DNA of 64,000 nucleotides, taken from assembly GCA_039815185.1 (NCBI GenBank), contig JBCBZT010000029.1:38217-102216 (forward strand), in the 5' to 3' direction. The DNA is from Cyanobacteria bacterium P01_A01_bin.123. Its GTDB lineage: Bacteria; Cyanobacteriota; Cyanobacteriia; Phormidesmidales; Phormidesmidaceae. The position numbers and the translations under genes were made by a program. The notes under the pieces are model-generated. The model ran no database searches and was not told where the DNA came from. It saw only the letters and a list, made by a program, of their open reading frames with translations. This document shows, piece by piece, positions 62,870-64,000 of this stretch (the first letter of the stretch is position 1; every line of letters begins with the position of its first letter).

Positions 62870-62901
62870 GTACTTGATCCCGCCAAAGCTAGTGAAATGA
62901 G

Positions 62902-63201
62902 TTGTTTGAGGAGCAGCAGATGGAGCAGATGGAGCAGACTTTGATCACACAAGATTTTGCGATTTTAGCTCCAGTACCCGAGCAGCATCTGGTCACCGGG
63001 TTAGAGGCAATCGCGCCGCCTTCAACCAAAAATGACGCGCCAACCTGGGCCATTTTCTGGCTGGTTCAAGATCTGATTGAGCTGAGAGAACCCATCCTGG
63101 TTAGCGACTTTCAGGGGCTCGGCAAAAAGACAGCCTACGCTTCACGGTTCATTCCAGAAGGTCCGTTGTTGGTTGAACATCCTGGGTTGATCGCGGTATG
63201 A
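62902..63201 (+). CDS. Hypothetical protein, possibly internally deleted
   Basis: Open frame (FAILAPVP...FIPEGPLLVEHP); stop overlaps the next ATG (ATGA). Confidence 0.5.
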   Translation: MFEEQQMEQMEQTLITQDFAILAPVPEQHLVTGLEAIAPPSTKNDAPTWAIFWLVQDLIELREPILVSDFQGLGKKTAYASRFIPEGPLLVEHPGLIAV

Positions 63202-64000
63202 GACTTGCGACTTATAACTTACGCTTTGGCGGGAAGGCAGGCCGACGCATTCACTGGCAGAAGATCTTTGCTGACGTCCAGCCAGATATTTTCCTTGTGC
63301 AAGAAACACTGCATCCCCGCGAGTACCTGCCGTCTTACGAAGACGAAAAACAGCAGCTTCACTGGAAAGCGGTCGCAGGTAGGCCGTGGGGTAGCGCGGT
63401 TTACGTGAGGCACGGTCAGGTCACGCCGTTAGCCCCGCTGTCAGCAGGGCTAGCGGGATGGGTTACTGGCGTCTGCGTCACCGACTTTAGCGCACCTTCG
63501 AGGTCGGGACAGCTGCTTTATGTGTATAGCGTTCACGCGCCCAGCGGTCGCTCTAGCTACGTCAAAGAGGTGAACTTCATCCTTGATGCTATCCAGGCCC
63601 AGGTATCTAACGGAGCAGACGTCATCATTGGCGGCGATTTCAACCTCACTGTCGGGTTCCGGCACCCCTCAGAAGCGCTACAGCAAAATCAGCCCAAGCT
63701 GATGGCCCGTTTCCAGAGAGAGATGGGGCTGATCAACTGCTGGCAAAGCGCTAACCCGAACCAGAACCTGCCGCAAACACTGCGGTGGAGCAACGACCCG
63801 TCCAAGCCTTACCACTGCGACGGCCTGTTTGTACCGGCTAGCTGGTACCGCTACCTCGAATCGGCTGAGGTGCTATCTGGGCCTGACTGGGAACCCCTCA
63901 GCGATCACAACCCTGTCGTGGGCGGGCGGGGCGTGGAGGCGCCAAGCCGTGGGAAAAAAAAAAAAAACCACACTAACACCCACCACCGCGCAACCTCCAC
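63198..64000 (+). CDS. Endonuclease/exonuclease/phosphatase (EEP) family protein, open at window end
   Basis: Not in ORF track. MRLATYNLR...DIFLVQE...SVHAP...IIGGDFN...HCDGLF...SDHNPV. Confidence 0.88.
   Translation, partial: MRLATYNLRFGGKAGRRIHWQKIFADVQPDIFLVQETLHPREYLPSYEDEKQQLHWKAVAGRPWGSAVYVRHGQVTPLAPLSAGLAGWVTGVCVTDFSAPSRSGQLLYVYSVHAPSGRSSYVKEVNFILDAIQAQVSNGADVIIGGDFNLTVGFRHPSEALQQNQPKLMARFQREMGLINCWQSANPNQNLPQTLRWSNDPSKPYHCDGLFVPASWYRYLESAEVLSGPDWEPLSDHNPVVGGRGVEAPSRGKKKKNHTNTHHRATS

Overview
Filamentous cyanobacterial DNA, judged from dozens of HIP1 GCGATCGC octamers, an isiA-family gene and a PEP-CTERM protein; gene style suggests a Leptolyngbya/Nodosilinea-like organism (inference). 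Four blocks. (1) 1-13.8 kb: iron/metal island with a FecCD permease, MFS, isiA, a truncated AraC, a YbtP/YbtQ-like ABC pair enclosing two methyltransferases, a TMEM165/GDT1 Mn transporter behind a yybP-ykoY riboswitch, and tonB/exbB/exbD. (2) 13.9-32.6 kb: an HTH-NB-ARC-WD40 (STAND) gene divergent from a co-oriented array of five double-glycine-leader peptide genes (one missed by the ORF track; three share an N-H-x-x-[TS]-[LM] core motif) interleaved with a serralysin-like protease and a serine hydrolase, followed by two tandem RTX proteins and a TPR::HlyD deletion scar. This is the best candidate for an undescribed system. (3) 33-52 kb: small accessory genes and many gene fragments. (4) 52.5-64 kb: OmpR regulator and CHASE kinase, a Dpp/Opp ABC operon with an amidohydrolase, an IS200/IS605 right-end remnant, and an EEP nuclease running into a low-quality end. 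All calls are by eye from sequence motifs; no database searches were run.
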